DNA of 64,000 bases from contig CP067995.1 of assembly GCA_045159875.1 (NCBI GenBank), positions 1,984,001-2,048,000 of the forward strand, in the 5' to 3' direction. The notes below the pieces were generated by a model. It ran no database searches. It was not told the DNA's origin and saw only the letters and a list, made by a program, of their open reading frames with translations. Positions 24,887-36,507 of this stretch are shown one piece after another. The position numbers and the translations under genes are program-made. This DNA is from a cyanobacterium endosymbiont of Rhopalodia gibba. Its GTDB lineage: Bacteria > Cyanobacteriota > Cyanobacteriia > Cyanobacteriales > Microcystaceae. Position 1 is the first letter of the stretch. The number at the start of each line of letters is the position of its first letter.

Positions 24887-25068
24887 CCACTATCCCCCTG
24901 ACTAGGTTTGTGTTGGTTTAAAGACTTGGACCCTTGGCTTTTAAGCAACGGGCAAGTTCTCGGTTTGGTCAGTTCCATCTGACTGCAATCATGACTATCT
25001 TATAAAATGACCTTACTCCTATGCTAACGACCAAAGACATCAAGACGCATCCCTAAATAACCTAAATG

Positions 25069-25356
25069 TTAAAAATTGGGAGATTTAGCTGATACAGACT
25101 CGGTATCTAGTGTTTGCCAACGACTCCACAGGGCTTGATAAATACTATCAGGGACATTAGTCCTAAGCATTTTGCCCAAGCGGTTCTTTTTGCTGGCGTT
25201 GTACAAGCAATTCTCCTGAGGACAGATATAAGCAGATCTCCCCATCCCCTTATCTAATTGTACCTGTCGAGATGAATGAACTCGAACAATACGCCAAAAT
25301 GTCTGTTTTGGTGCTACCTTACGACAACTAACACAACGTCGATAGTTGGGCTGCAT
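25069..25356 (-). CDS. ylxR: YlxR/RnpM family RNA-binding protein
   Basis: RRCVSCR, GRSAYIC; lies between nusA and infB. Confidence 0.9.
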   Translation of the reverse strand: MQPNYRRCVSCRKVAPKQTFWRIVRVHSSRQVQLDKGMGRSAYICPQENCLYNASKKNRLGKMLRTNVPDSIYQALWSRWQTLDTESVSAKSPNF

Positions 25357-25377
25357 AACTAACGAAATGATTATTTA

Positions 25378-26601
25378 CTATTTAAATACAAGGTCAGTTT
25401 CGTCATTGTCTTTTTCATTACTCAAAAGCTCTGACTTATTAGAGAGTTGCTGTTCTTTGTTGATTTCTAGCTGATAGGTAGCTGTATCTTTGATATCAAT
25501 TTTCCACCCAGTTAAACGGGCGGCTAAGCGGACATTTTGACCCTCTTTGCCAATGGCCAAGCTCAATTGGTCTTCGGCGACCAAAACCAGAGCATGGCGC
25601 TCATCAGGATTAATTAAAACCACTTGATCTACTCTGGCCGGACTGAGGGCGTTGGCAATATAGGTAGCAGGATCGGGAGACCAACGAATCACATCAATTT
25701 TTTCTCCTCGCAGTTCGTTAACTACTGCTTGAATTCGAGAGCCTCTAGCTCCAATACAGGCTCCTACAGGATCTACATCTCGCTCTAGGGTATCTACCGC
25801 AATTTTAGTTCTTGGACCGACATAGCGAGAAGGGGGATTAGCTTCACGGGAAACAGCCACGATCCGTACGATTTCTTCTTCTATTTCAGGGACTTCCACA
25901 GTAAATAGGTCGACAACTAAGCCGGCTGCTGAGCGTGAAACGATCAGTTGGGGTCCACGATGGGAGCCTTCTCGAACTTTTTTCAGGATGACTTTGAAAC
26001 TAGAATTGGCGCGATAATTGTCATTGGGTAGCTGTTCTCGTTTGGGTAGGACTGCTTCAACTTCGGGTTGACTAAAAGCACTTTGAACGGCGACGATCGC
26101 GTCTTGGCGTTCAAAGCGTAAGGATCTCGCATTCAAAACGGTTCCTTCAAGATCATTGAATTCTTCTTGAATAAGTCTACGTTGTTGATCTCGTAGTTTT
26201 TGTAAGAGAACTTGTTTGGTTTGAATAGCCGCCATCCGCCCGAAATCCTTTTGATTTGGGGTTACATCTAAAACTACTTCGTCTCCCAATTGAGCTTCTG
26301 AAGCAACTTCTTGGACTTCTTTGAGAGAGATGTGATGGTCGATGTTATCGACTACTTCCACAATTCTTTTGGTAGAGAGGATGCGAAACCCTTCTTCTTC
26401 AATATCTAGTTCTACTTCAAAGTTATTAAAGTATTCATCATGAAATTGCTGACGATCTAAGCTTTGGGAACGACGATAACGTTCATATCCTTTGAGTAAC
26501 GCTTCTCGCAAGGCTTCTTGCACGGCAGATTTTGGCAAATTGTGCTGTTGGCTAATTTCATCAATCATTTTAGCCAGACCGGGTAAGCTAATAAGGGACA
26601 T
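25378..26601 (-). CDS. nusA: Transcription termination/antitermination factor NusA
   Basis: FGRMAAIQTKQ, DPVGACIGARGSRI, LSLAIGKEGQNVRLAARLTGWKIDI. Confidence 0.97.
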   Translation of the reverse strand: MSLISLPGLAKMIDEISQQHNLPKSAVQEALREALLKGYERYRRSQSLDRQQFHDEYFNNFEVELDIEEEGFRILSTKRIVEVVDNIDHHISLKEVQEVASEAQLGDEVVLDVTPNQKDFGRMAAIQTKQVLLQKLRDQQRRLIQEEFNDLEGTVLNARSLRFERQDAIVAVQSAFSQPEVEAVLPKREQLPNDNYRANSSFKVILKKVREGSHRGPQLIVSRSAAGLVVDLFTVEVPEIEEEIVRIVAVSREANPPSRYVGPRTKIAVDTLERDVDPVGACIGARGSRIQAVVNELRGEKIDVIRWSPDPATYIANALSPARVDQVVLINPDERHALVLVAEDQLSLAIGKEGQNVRLAARLTGWKIDIKDTATYQLEINKEQQLSNKSELLSNEKDNDETDLVFK

Positions 26602-26639
26602 GGTTATGGACCTCCTTGACTTAAAGATATAGAGTTTGG

Positions 26640-27101
26640 TTAGGGATGGTCATCAAGTGTGATTGTGGAAATCAGGTCCCGAGGAATTGTGATCGCCTGT
26701 CCTTTCTTGTTTAGATGAACGCTCTCCGTATCTCGTTCTTGAAGCCTGCCTCGCCATTCTTTTTTATTTAGGTACGGGGCATAGGTTGTGACAATGACGG
26801 CAAATCCTTTGAAGGAAATAAAATCACGGTCACTATTTAGCTGTCGAGAAACTCCTGGGCTAGAAATTTCTAAAACATAGGAACCTGGAATGACTTGGGA
26901 CTCATCAAGACTAGTTTCTAAGGCTCGACTTACCCCTTCACAATCATTTAAGCTTGTATCTCCTTGTGGGTTACGAATATGTATACGCAACACAGGAAGT
27001 CGTTTTTCAGTCTGAAAAACAACATCAACGACTTCTAGTCCGAGATTGTCGGCGATAGGGGTAGCTATTTCAATAATTTGTGAGATTATAGGGTTATTCA
27101 T
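26640..27101 (-). CDS. rimP: Ribosome maturation factor RimP
   Basis: YVLEISSPG motif; first gene of the rimP-nusA-ylxR-infB operon. Confidence 0.95.
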   Translation of the reverse strand: MNNPIISQIIEIATPIADNLGLEVVDVVFQTEKRLPVLRIHIRNPQGDTSLNDCEGVSRALETSLDESQVIPGSYVLEISSPGVSRQLNSDRDFISFKGFAVIVTTYAPYLNKKEWRGRLQERDTESVHLNKKGQAITIPRDLISTITLDDHP

Positions 27102-27249
27102 TGCGGCTTAGGCACTAAAAAAAGCGGGTTCCAGCCCACTTCCTTTGAACGTTAATAATTTGGAAGGGTTGTAAAAGATACCATGATTACCTGTCCTGGT
27201 TTACTAGTCTAGCAAACTTTTAGTCCCTTTTTTTTAGTTTGTAATTAGG

Positions 27250-28766
27250 GACACTTTGGAATATTTGAAAAGTTTATATTTAACTACTAGTAATCTTAGC
27301 TTTTTGGTGTCAGATGCAAGTCTGTTCTGAAATTTATTCAAAATCTTCGCTAGAAAGTTGTCTAAACATAATTAGTTTTAATTTTTTTTAGTAAGTCCTC
27401 AAGAAACATTTCTATCTGCTCAATACTTTGTTGGTCTTGTCACTCAATGATCATAGTCTGTATTAATTTATCGACTAATTTCTTAAAAAGCTCATTGAAT
27501 TTAAGATATTAGATTAGTATTTATTTAAGTATTTAAGATAATTTTCAATGAAATTGATAGGATTCTTTTGGTTTAGGTTTTTGATATTTTAGCTAAAATT
27601 ATTTTTTAAAGCTAGAATAAGTTTATATTGTGGTCAAAACTTTTTTGAAGTTATACTCAATTAATGTTTTTATTTTTAGACCAATTTTAAAAATAATTTT
27701 ATTAACTAGTAAATAATTAACTATTTCGATAACTTCTGGTATATTATTAATATAATTAGCATCAATATATGCCTTAGTCTTAGTTCTAAGAAAAATAAAA
27801 ATTATTACTTTTTTAACTGTAAATTAAACTTAATTAATAATGTGAATAACTACTGTCTCAGTAATTTTTTGGGCAATCCAGGTAACAAATCCTTGACTTG
27901 TTTGTTTTTTAATCGTTTTTACATTAATTAAATTAGATCTATCTAGGCGAATAATTAAGGGAATAATCTTCACCCAACGAAATATAGGAATCAACAAGAG
28001 AATATCATACTAACGTCACAACATGGCATCCAACCAATTTATCCTGGTATGACGACAACTAATATACCAACTTTATACTATAAGAAAAATAAGATAAAAA
28101 GAAAAATAAATTCAGCCTATTATTAATAAGTTTTCCATTTTCCTCCGCTGGACAAAAATAGTTATTTTCTAAATAAAAATCTAATTTCATTTTCGAAATA
28201 AATAATTTATTTGTCCATTATTTTGCTACTTTCTTAAGTTTAAAATATTTTTTTAAAAATTTAAATATTTTTATTCTCAGACACATACACTTTTACTCTA
28301 TTTTAATATTTCTAATATTTTTATTTTGTCAGCTTTTATCAGCGATTAAAAATAAATTTTATTCAATAATTTTTATGACTTATTTTCGGAAATAAACCAT
28401 AAAATAATTAACCCTTTAATCGATGATTTAAAAATAATTTAATCTTTAATATTTTTAGGATTTATTCGCTATATTTAATTTTTATTTTATCTTAATTAAA
28501 TTCAATTTTTTTATCTAATTAAAATACTTTAAACGTTTAGTCCACTAAAAAACTATATAGTTTTTTAGTGGTTTTTTCAAATTTTTCAATTTTTAAATAT
28601 GATTAAAATCTTCCTTATAACCAAAAATATTACAAAAAAATATAGGTTAAATTAAAAATAGTAAATTCATAATTAATTAAAACTATTAAAACTATAATTT
28701 TTCCATTAAAGTATTCTATACGTAGGTATTTTCTTCGCGAGCTTGAGAATAAATTTGTTAATGCCA
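27250..28766 (-). pseudogene. Conserved cyanobacterial membrane protein remnant, heavily eroded
   Basis: Fragment WYISCRHTRINWLDAML*R*YDILLLIPIFRWVKIIPLIIRLD (~27940-28070); candidate ATG at 28766; the rest is AT-saturated. Confidence 0.6.
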
Positions 28767-29064
28767 TGCTGAAAAGTCAGAGGTTAGAATAATTAAAAAA
28801 AAATGATTTAAACTAGTTTAGTTTGTTTTTTTTAAAAAATGCTCATCGATTGAGTCTTTTATTAATTAGGTCACTGAATTGATTTTGTTAGTTTCTAATT
28901 AAGCAATTCCATATGAGTACTAGCATCGTATCTTTTGATTTTAAATAATCTTCAAAAAAGTAGATCAAAAAAAGTTATGAAGATTTTGCCTGGATTAGAG
29001 AGTAAGTCATCTTCAGTTATTTATAATAAGAATGTTATTATGCCTTTTAATTGTTAATATTTTT

Positions 29065-32000
29065 ATGATGGATAAAAATGCTTCTATTCAAAAACAATAT
29101 AAATATAAAATAGGCGGAAGTCTTTCTTATGGTCATCCAACTTATGGAGAACGTGCAGCAGATAAGGACTTATTAGAAGCTTTAAGAGCAGGAAAGTTCT
29201 GTTATATATTTAACTGTCGTCAGATGGGAAAATCTAGTCTTAGAGTTCGTATGATGCATCAACTTCAAGCAGAAGGAATGACTTGTGCTTCGGTAGACAT
29301 CACCAGTTTGGGAAGTGATATCAGTCAGCAACAATGGTATAGTGGAATTATAACTCAATTGTTTTTGGGATTTAATTTAACTGAAAAAGTCAATTTAAAA
29401 ACTTGGCTAAGAGAAAAAAAAGATTTATCGGGAGTTCAAAAATTTATTCTCTTCTTAGAAGAAGTTCTTTTAGTATATTCTCAAGAAAAAAATCAATATA
29501 TTTTCATTGATGAAATTGATAAAATCATTAGTCTTGATTTCTCCCTTGATGATTTTTTTACTTTAATTCGATTTTGTTATAATCAACGAGCAGAAAAGCC
29601 CCAATTCAATAAGATTGTTTTTGCGTTATTTGGAGTAGCTACTCCCTCAGATTTAATTCGGGACAAAACTCAAACACCGTTTAATATTGGGCAACCTATT
29701 GAATTAACAGGATTTACCTTAGAAGAAGTTAACCCATTAGTTCCTGGATTAACTACTATTACAGATTCTCCGAAGAAAGTTTTAAAAGTAGTTTTAGATT
29801 GGACAGGAGGACAACCTTTCTTAACGCAGAAACTCTGTCAATTACTTCTGAAGAAAGCAGGCATTATTCATCCAGAAAGAGAAGATGAAACTATCACTGA
29901 TGTCGTACAAAAATTTATTATAAAAAATTGGGAGTCTCAAGATGAGCCGGTTCACCTAAAGACGATTCGTGATCGTCTCCTCCTTAATGAAAAAAGAACT
30001 GGAAAATTACTAGGATTGTATCAAAAAATTTTAAAAAATGGCTCAATTGAAGCTGATGATAGTCCAGAACAAACGGAACTGCGTTTATCTGGATTAGTGG
30101 TTAAGTGTAATAGTCAGCTTATTGTTTATAACAAAATTTACCGAGGAGTTTTTAACGAGAAATGGGTCAGCAAAGAACTTGAAAAAATTCGTCCTTATTC
30201 AGAAACAATTACTGCTTGGATTAACTCTTCTTATCAAGATAACTCTCGTTTATTGCGTGGAAAAGCTCTAGAAGACGCCTTGAATTGGGCAATAGATAAA
30301 AATCTTGGTAATATTGATTACAAATTTTTAACAGCAAGTCAGAATTTAGATAAACAGGAAGCAGAAATTAACTTAGTAGCTGAAAAAAAAGCTAATGAAA
30401 TTTTAACCCAAGCAAATCTAAAAGCTCAAAAGATGATTCGTTTTGGAATCGCTATTTTAGTCTTTTCTTTAATAGGAGCAATCATTTTCTTTGCCCAAGC
30501 AAGATTAGCAATTAAAAAACAACAAGAAGCCCAAAAGGGAACTCAATTAGAACAAGCTGGGAATAGTGCATGGAGACGATTTAGATTTGAACAAATTGAT
30601 GGGTTATTATCAGCAATGGAAGGGGTTCAGCAATTACAAACTATCGTCAGAGATCAACGAATATTACAAGACTATCCCGCTACTAGTCCCATTTTAGCCC
30701 TAGAACAAATTCTAGATCGAATTCACGAAAAAAATAAATTAACCAGTCATCAAGATGCTGTTAATAGTGTTAGTTTCAGTCCGAATGGACAATTAATAGC
30801 TACCTCATCGAGTGATGGAACCATCCGTTTCTGGGATTGGCAAGGCCGAGAGCAATTGGTCATAACCGATCATCAGGGAAATATATATCGTGTAGCTTTT
30901 AGCCCTGATGGTCAAAGTATCGCTACCGCCTCCCAAGATGACACCGCCAAAGTCTGGACTTTACAAGGAAAGAAATTAGCAACCCTGAAAGGCCATAAGT
31001 CATCAGTCTATAGTGTTAGTTTTAGTCCAAATGGAAAACGCTTAGTAACGACTTCTAGGGATTATACAGCCAGAGTTTGGGATCTCCAAGGACAACAACT
31101 AGCTATTTTAAAAGGTCATCAAAAATCAATTGATCACGGGATATTTAGCCCAGATGGACAACGATTAGCCACTGCGTCACGGGATGGAACTGTTAAAGTA
31201 TGGGATAGTCAAGGGAATCTTCTAAAAACTCTGAAAGACGATGTAAACTCCTTTTATAGCGTCAGTTTTAGCCCAGATGGACAACGATTAGCCGCTTCAG
31301 CCAAGGATGGAACTGTCAGAATTTGGGATAATCAAGGAAAATTAATTTTAACCTTGAAAGGACATCAGGAGTTGGTTAAGAAGGTAACCTATAGCAAAGA
31401 TGGCAAATGGATAGTGACAGGCTCAAGTGATGGTACTGCCAGAGTATGGAATAGTCAAGGGGAAGAAGTAACGGTTTTTCATGGACATCAAAATCCCATT
31501 TATGATGTCGCCATTAGCAATAATAGTCAAAGGTTAGCTACTGCATCAAGTGACGGGACAGTGAAGCTTTGGGACATGACTTCTCCTATGACAAATGGGT
31601 TTAAAACCATTGATAATTATGTCACGGCGGTTAGTTTTTCTTCTAACGGTCAAGTATTAGTGATTGCTGCTGAAAATGGGAACGTTTATCTTTGGAATTT
31701 ACACGGTAAACAGTTAAGACAATTTCAAGCCCATAATAGTGGTATTAATGATGTAAAATTTAGTCAAGATAATCAAAAACTAGTGACGACTGATAACAAT
31801 GGTCGTGTTAAATTATGGGACTTACAAGGCAAATTACTAAGTGCATTATTTGATGATTCAGTCAGGGTTTATAGTGTTGCTTTGAGTCCCGACAGTCAAT
31901 TATTAGCGATAGCGACTCGTTCAGGAGAAGTTTGGCTGTGGAATATTAAAAGTACGTCTCCAAAGTTAATTAATAAATTTGCTGCTCATAATGAAACTAT

Positions 32001-32559
32001 CCATCATATTAGTTTTGGTCCAAATGCTAAAACATTAGCCACTGCATCTGGAGATGGAACAGTTAAATTATGGGACTTACAAGGAAATTTACAACAGTCA
32101 TTTCTTGGGCATGAAGATCGGATTAATTGGCTAGATTTTAGTCCAGATAGTCAATATTTATTGACTGCTTCTAAAGACAGAACTGCCAGATTGTGGAATA
32201 TTAATGGCAATCTTTTAGAAGTATTTAAAAGTGATCTTTTCCCTATTTCTCATGTTAGTCTTAGTCCTGATGCTAATTATTTGGCAACTGCTTCAAGCGA
32301 TGGAACTATCCGGTTATGGGATTTTCAAGGAAATCTTCATGCTAGAATAAAAGGCTATCAGCAGCCTATTGTAGGACTTAAATTTAGTCGAGATAGTCAA
32401 CAGATTATAACAGTCGCTAGGAATGGAATCGTAAGAATCTGGAGAGTACAAGAACAATTTACTCGTTTAGAAAATCTGTTAACTCAAGGATGTCAATGGC
32501 TAGAAGACTATTTTGTTACTCGCCCCCAGGAAAAAGTTAAGCTAAAAGTCTGTGAATAA
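29065..32559 (+). CDS. AAA-like (AAA_35) NTPase with C-terminal WD40 repeats
   Basis: YKIGGSL, CRQMGKSSL P-loop, IFIDEID, WTGGQPFLTQ, a TM segment, then ~14 WD40 repeats. The start could be 29032, 29065 or 29068. Confidence 0.9.
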   Translation: MMDKNASIQKQYKYKIGGSLSYGHPTYGERAADKDLLEALRAGKFCYIFNCRQMGKSSLRVRMMHQLQAEGMTCASVDITSLGSDISQQQWYSGIITQLFLGFNLTEKVNLKTWLREKKDLSGVQKFILFLEEVLLVYSQEKNQYIFIDEIDKIISLDFSLDDFFTLIRFCYNQRAEKPQFNKIVFALFGVATPSDLIRDKTQTPFNIGQPIELTGFTLEEVNPLVPGLTTITDSPKKVLKVVLDWTGGQPFLTQKLCQLLLKKAGIIHPEREDETITDVVQKFIIKNWESQDEPVHLKTIRDRLLLNEKRTGKLLGLYQKILKNGSIEADDSPEQTELRLSGLVVKCNSQLIVYNKIYRGVFNEKWVSKELEKIRPYSETITAWINSSYQDNSRLLRGKALEDALNWAIDKNLGNIDYKFLTASQNLDKQEAEINLVAEKKANEILTQANLKAQKMIRFGIAILVFSLIGAIIFFAQARLAIKKQQEAQKGTQLEQAGNSAWRRFRFEQIDGLLSAMEGVQQLQTIVRDQRILQDYPATSPILALEQILDRIHEKNKLTSHQDAVNSVSFSPNGQLIATSSSDGTIRFWDWQGREQLVITDHQGNIYRVAFSPDGQSIATASQDDTAKVWTLQGKKLATLKGHKSSVYSVSFSPNGKRLVTTSRDYTARVWDLQGQQLAILKGHQKSIDHGIFSPDGQRLATASRDGTVKVWDSQGNLLKTLKDDVNSFYSVSFSPDGQRLAASAKDGTVRIWDNQGKLILTLKGHQELVKKVTYSKDGKWIVTGSSDGTARVWNSQGEEVTVFHGHQNPIYDVAISNNSQRLATASSDGTVKLWDMTSPMTNGFKTIDNYVTAVSFSSNGQVLVIAAENGNVYLWNLHGKQLRQFQAHNSGINDVKFSQDNQKLVTTDNNGRVKLWDLQGKLLSALFDDSVRVYSVALSPDSQLLAIATRSGEVWLWNIKSTSPKLINKFAAHNETIHHISFGPNAKTLATASGDGTVKLWDLQGNLQQSFLGHEDRINWLDFSPDSQYLLTASKDRTARLWNINGNLLEVFKSDLFPISHVSLSPDANYLATASSDGTIRLWDFQGNLHARIKGYQQPIVGLKFSRDSQQIITVARNGIVRIWRVQEQFTRLENLLTQGCQWLEDYFVTRPQEKVKLKVCE

Positions 32560-33270
32560 TTGAAAGTCCACTCCTTGAAGTTTATATTGAAAGTTTAAAA
32601 TTGATACAAATACAAACAATAACTTCAACTAAATTTATTTAGTATGAACTTTTATCGTCTCCTTTGGTTAATAAAAACTATAAATACTTTGGTATAGAAC
32701 CTGTTCAAAAAATGATGACTATCTTGAAACTTGGAATTAAGGTAAGGGCAGGGTTAAAGTAAATTGGTTAATGACCTTGATTGAAAATCATAAATTTATA
32801 TAAACATAATAGTTGATTGTTTTTAATTAATTAATACTCAAGTCAATTATATCCCAGATTTTCTTCCATAAAAAATAAGATAATGATACATTAAAAAATG
32901 CTTTGTTAGTACGATTAATTCGATTGCTAAGCAAACATTAGATAAATACAAGCTAAGTAAAAGTGTATTTAAAAAATATAAAAGTCTAAAAAATTAATTT
33001 TTTAGACTTTTAAGAGTTAGACTCAATCATAAAGGAAGAAAACCGGGCTTTATAATTAGGTTATTTGAACAGTTCTTATTCTCAGTAAGATTAGAGAATA
33101 GACTTTTAGATGACATACAACTATTGGTCTTTCTGGATGTAGTTGAAGACAATTACAGAAGAAATTATAGATAAAATAGTTAACAACCATAACATATTCC
33201 TATTCAGTTTTGATGTATAAAATTATGGAATACTAAACCTTTTAGAGAGCCAATTTTAGGAGTAATAACC

Positions 33271-34437
33271 ATGACGAGTATAATCACCCCCCATGGCGGT
33301 CAATTGATTGATCGTGTCTTAAGCGGCACTAATGGACAAATTGCCTTTGAAAACGCCCATGGATTACCTCGATTAACACTTTCTAAGCGTAATCTCGCGG
33401 ATCTTGAGTGTATTGCGACTGGTGTTTATAGTCCTCTCAATGGCTTTGTCACTGAAGAAGAATATCAAGCAATCATTAACGATATGCGCTTAAAAAATGG
33501 TCTGGCGTGGTCTATTCCTGTTACTTTACAGGTTCCCAATGCTAGTTCTGAAAAATATCGCCTAGATAGTGATATTGCTTTAGTTCATCCTAATGGTGAT
33601 ATTTTGGCTGTCATGACCATTACCAGCAAATTTAAGCCCGATCAAAACCACGAAGCTCGAAATGTCTATCGTACCACCGATGAAGAGCATCCCGGGGTGA
33701 AGGCAATGCAAGCTGAGGGAGAAATTTACCTAGGCGGTCCTATCAACGTTATCAACACTATCCCCCAAAGCAGTTTTCCTGAGCACAGCTTTAGTCCAAA
33801 AATGACTCGAGAAGAGTTTGTAAAGCGTGAATGGAAGACTGTGGTTGCTTTTCAAACCCGCAATCCCATCCACCGTGCCCACGAGTATATTACTAAAATT
33901 GCTCTCGAACTAGTTGATGGATTATTCATCAATCCCTTAGTTGGGATGACAAAATCCGATGATATCCCAGCCGATGTACGGATGCAGTGCTATCTAACTT
34001 TAATTGATAAATACTATCCACAAAACCGTACCTTTTTAGGCGTTTTTCCCGCTGCGATGCGTTACGCAGGTCCACGGGAAGCAATTATGCACGCAATTGC
34101 TCGCCAGAATTATGGCTGTAGCCATTTCATTGTGGGACGAGATCATGCAGGAGTTGGAGACTATTATGGTACCTACGATGCTCAACACATCTTTGAAGAA
34201 TTTCAAGAGGATGAACTCAAGATTCAACCCATGAAATTCGAACATGCATTTTATTGTACTCGCACTCAAACTATGGCCACTGCTAAAACTAGTCCTAGCA
34301 CTCCTAAAGAAAGAATAAATTTGTCTGGGACTAAAGTCCGCAAGATGCTTAAAGAGGGTAAGACTCCTCCTCCTGAGTTTAGCCGTCCAGAAATTGCCCA
34401 AATTTTAGTGGCATCAATGCAACGAAAATTAAGCTAG
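33271..34437 (+). CDS. sat: Sulfate adenylyltransferase
   Basis: PHGG, FQTRNPIHRAHE, YAGPREA, HFIVGRDHAG; AGGAG ribosome-binding site upstream. Confidence 0.97.
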   Translation: MTSIITPHGGQLIDRVLSGTNGQIAFENAHGLPRLTLSKRNLADLECIATGVYSPLNGFVTEEEYQAIINDMRLKNGLAWSIPVTLQVPNASSEKYRLDSDIALVHPNGDILAVMTITSKFKPDQNHEARNVYRTTDEEHPGVKAMQAEGEIYLGGPINVINTIPQSSFPEHSFSPKMTREEFVKREWKTVVAFQTRNPIHRAHEYITKIALELVDGLFINPLVGMTKSDDIPADVRMQCYLTLIDKYYPQNRTFLGVFPAAMRYAGPREAIMHAIARQNYGCSHFIVGRDHAGVGDYYGTYDAQHIFEEFQEDELKIQPMKFEHAFYCTRTQTMATAKTSPSTPKERINLSGTKVRKMLKEGKTPPPEFSRPEIAQILVASMQRKLS

Positions 34438-34923
34438 TCCAGTATTGCAAATCTTAACCTGTGGAGGATATTAATGAAATTGGCCCTTCTAAACTGAGTG
34501 TTATAAATTAGTGGCTAATAACTTTTAAAACTTTTATTCTGACTGTATTCTTCTAAATTAGAACTCCAAAAACTTCATTTTATGAAAATGAAGTTTTTGG
34601 AATCTTAGAAACCTGACAAAGTTAAAATTTTCAACTTTTGCTTATTATGATTTTCTCACAACTAGTCTATAAAAGTCATAATAATCTTCTCCTAAGCCTT
34701 TCTTAGCCGATATCTAATTCTTTTCGACTAAATAAACTATTTAAGTTTCATTAAATAAATAATTGATAGTTTGTAGTGGGAATCAACAACTATTGACCTC
34801 AACTTTAATACTTAGATTAGTTCATAAACTTGATATGATTAGCAACGGTTGGCTGTTTTAATAAGAAAAAAGTCCGACCTCTGCCAACTTGTAACTTTTA
34901 ACCTCTGACTTGACGAATCTATT

Positions 34924-36213
34924 TTGACTACCTCTACTCTATTCCGAAAAGTCCGATTATTAGATCCTTTCTCCAATACCGACACTATTGCTGATGTTTG
35001 GTTGGCTGAAGGAAAAATTCAAGCTATTAACTCCAATATTGACTTTTTACCCCCAGATACCACTGTCATTGAGGAACAAGGATTGATTCTAGGTCCAGGT
35101 TTAGTCGAGCTTTATAGTTATAGTGGCGAACCTGGATTTGAATACCGAGAAACTTTAGCTTCTCTTGCTGCTTCGGCGATTGCTGGAGGGTTTACCCGTG
35201 TAGCTATCTTACCTGACACAATTCCAGCCATTGATACGTTAGCTGCCCTATCTTTATTACAACAAAAATCCCAAACCTTACAGATATCCCCTAAGCTTTA
35301 TTTTTGGGGAAACTTAACTGTGGGAGGAAAAGAGAGAGAAATGACGGAACTAATAGAATTAGCAACAGGAGGAATTGTAGGATTTACCGATAGTCAGGGT
35401 ATAGAAAATTTGGGGTTGTTACGACGAATATTAGAATATATTAAACCAATAGGGAAACCCGTAGCCTTGGTTCCTGAATGTCGATCTCTTAAAGGAAATG
35501 GAGTGATGCGTGAAGGACCTCTATCGATTCATTACGGACTTGTAGGAAATCCTCAAATCAGTGAAACAACGGCTATTGCCGCTATTTTAGAGATGGTGAC
35601 CGTCATTAACACTCCTGTACATCTTAGAGGAATCTCAACCCATCGGGGAGTGGAATTAGTTGCCTGGGGAAAAGCGAGAGGAATACCTGTAACTGCTAGT
35701 ACCTCTTGGCTGAACTTATTATTAGATACTCAAGATATCGCTAATTATGATACAAATTTACGCATAGAACCCCCACTAGGCCATGCAGAAGACCGTCAGT
35801 CTCTCAAAAATGGAATAAAACAAGGAATTATTGACGCAATTGCCGTTAATCATCGCTCTTATAGTTATGAAGAAAAAATAGTTCCTTTTGCACAAGCCCC
35901 TCCAGGAGCGATTGGGCTAGAATTAGCCTTACCACTATTATGGGAGAATCTAGTCATTAGCGGAGAATTGACTCCCCTACAATTGTGGAGAGCTTTAAGC
36001 AATAACCCTCAAAGATGTTTAGGACAAGAGTTAACTTCTTTAAAGGTGGGACAAGCAGCAGAATTAATTCTTTTTGATCCACAAAAACTCTGGACAGTGG
36101 ACTCATCTAATCTTCATTGTTTAGGGAAAAATACTTCCTGGTGGGGTCGTGAAGTTAGAGGACGGGTCGTCATGTCAGTGAGGTCAATAACTCAAAAGTC
36201 TAACGATCAATAG
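34924..36213 (+). CDS. pyrC: Dihydroorotase-like protein, possibly the inactive PyrC' type
   Basis: PGLVELYSYSGEPG, AGGFT, EPPLG, PPGAIGLE; TTG start. Confidence 0.75.
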   Translation: MTTSTLFRKVRLLDPFSNTDTIADVWLAEGKIQAINSNIDFLPPDTTVIEEQGLILGPGLVELYSYSGEPGFEYRETLASLAASAIAGGFTRVAILPDTIPAIDTLAALSLLQQKSQTLQISPKLYFWGNLTVGGKEREMTELIELATGGIVGFTDSQGIENLGLLRRILEYIKPIGKPVALVPECRSLKGNGVMREGPLSIHYGLVGNPQISETTAIAAILEMVTVINTPVHLRGISTHRGVELVAWGKARGIPVTASTSWLNLLLDTQDIANYDTNLRIEPPLGHAEDRQSLKNGIKQGIIDAIAVNHRSYSYEEKIVPFAQAPPGAIGLELALPLLWENLVISGELTPLQLWRALSNNPQRCLGQELTSLKVGQAAELILFDPQKLWTVDSSNLHCLGKNTSWWGREVRGRVVMSVRSITQKSNDQ

Positions 36214-36507
36214 ATAATCTTTGCACACTACCGAGGTTGTCTAAGAAGACTTATTTAATATATAGACATTGGAAACACATAACTATAGCTGACAAATAAG
36301 ACAAGACACTGTTTAATGCCTCGCACTATGTGAGCAGGTGTGATGTCGATGTTAAAAAGCGTAAAAATAAATTGACAAATTATCCTAATGTTAGGTAGAG
36401 TACAGATCCGCATTTTGAAACCGGCTACTTTGTTTTCCTTCTTTCTATTGCCTGACCTATGACAGGGTAGCTGGTCTAAGCTAGTATCATTGGGAATTTT
36501 TACGAAG

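Noticed and set aside
30760..32450. Recurrent TTTAGCCCAGATGGACAACGATTAGCC-like motifs
   Set aside because: Explained by WD40 protein repeats.
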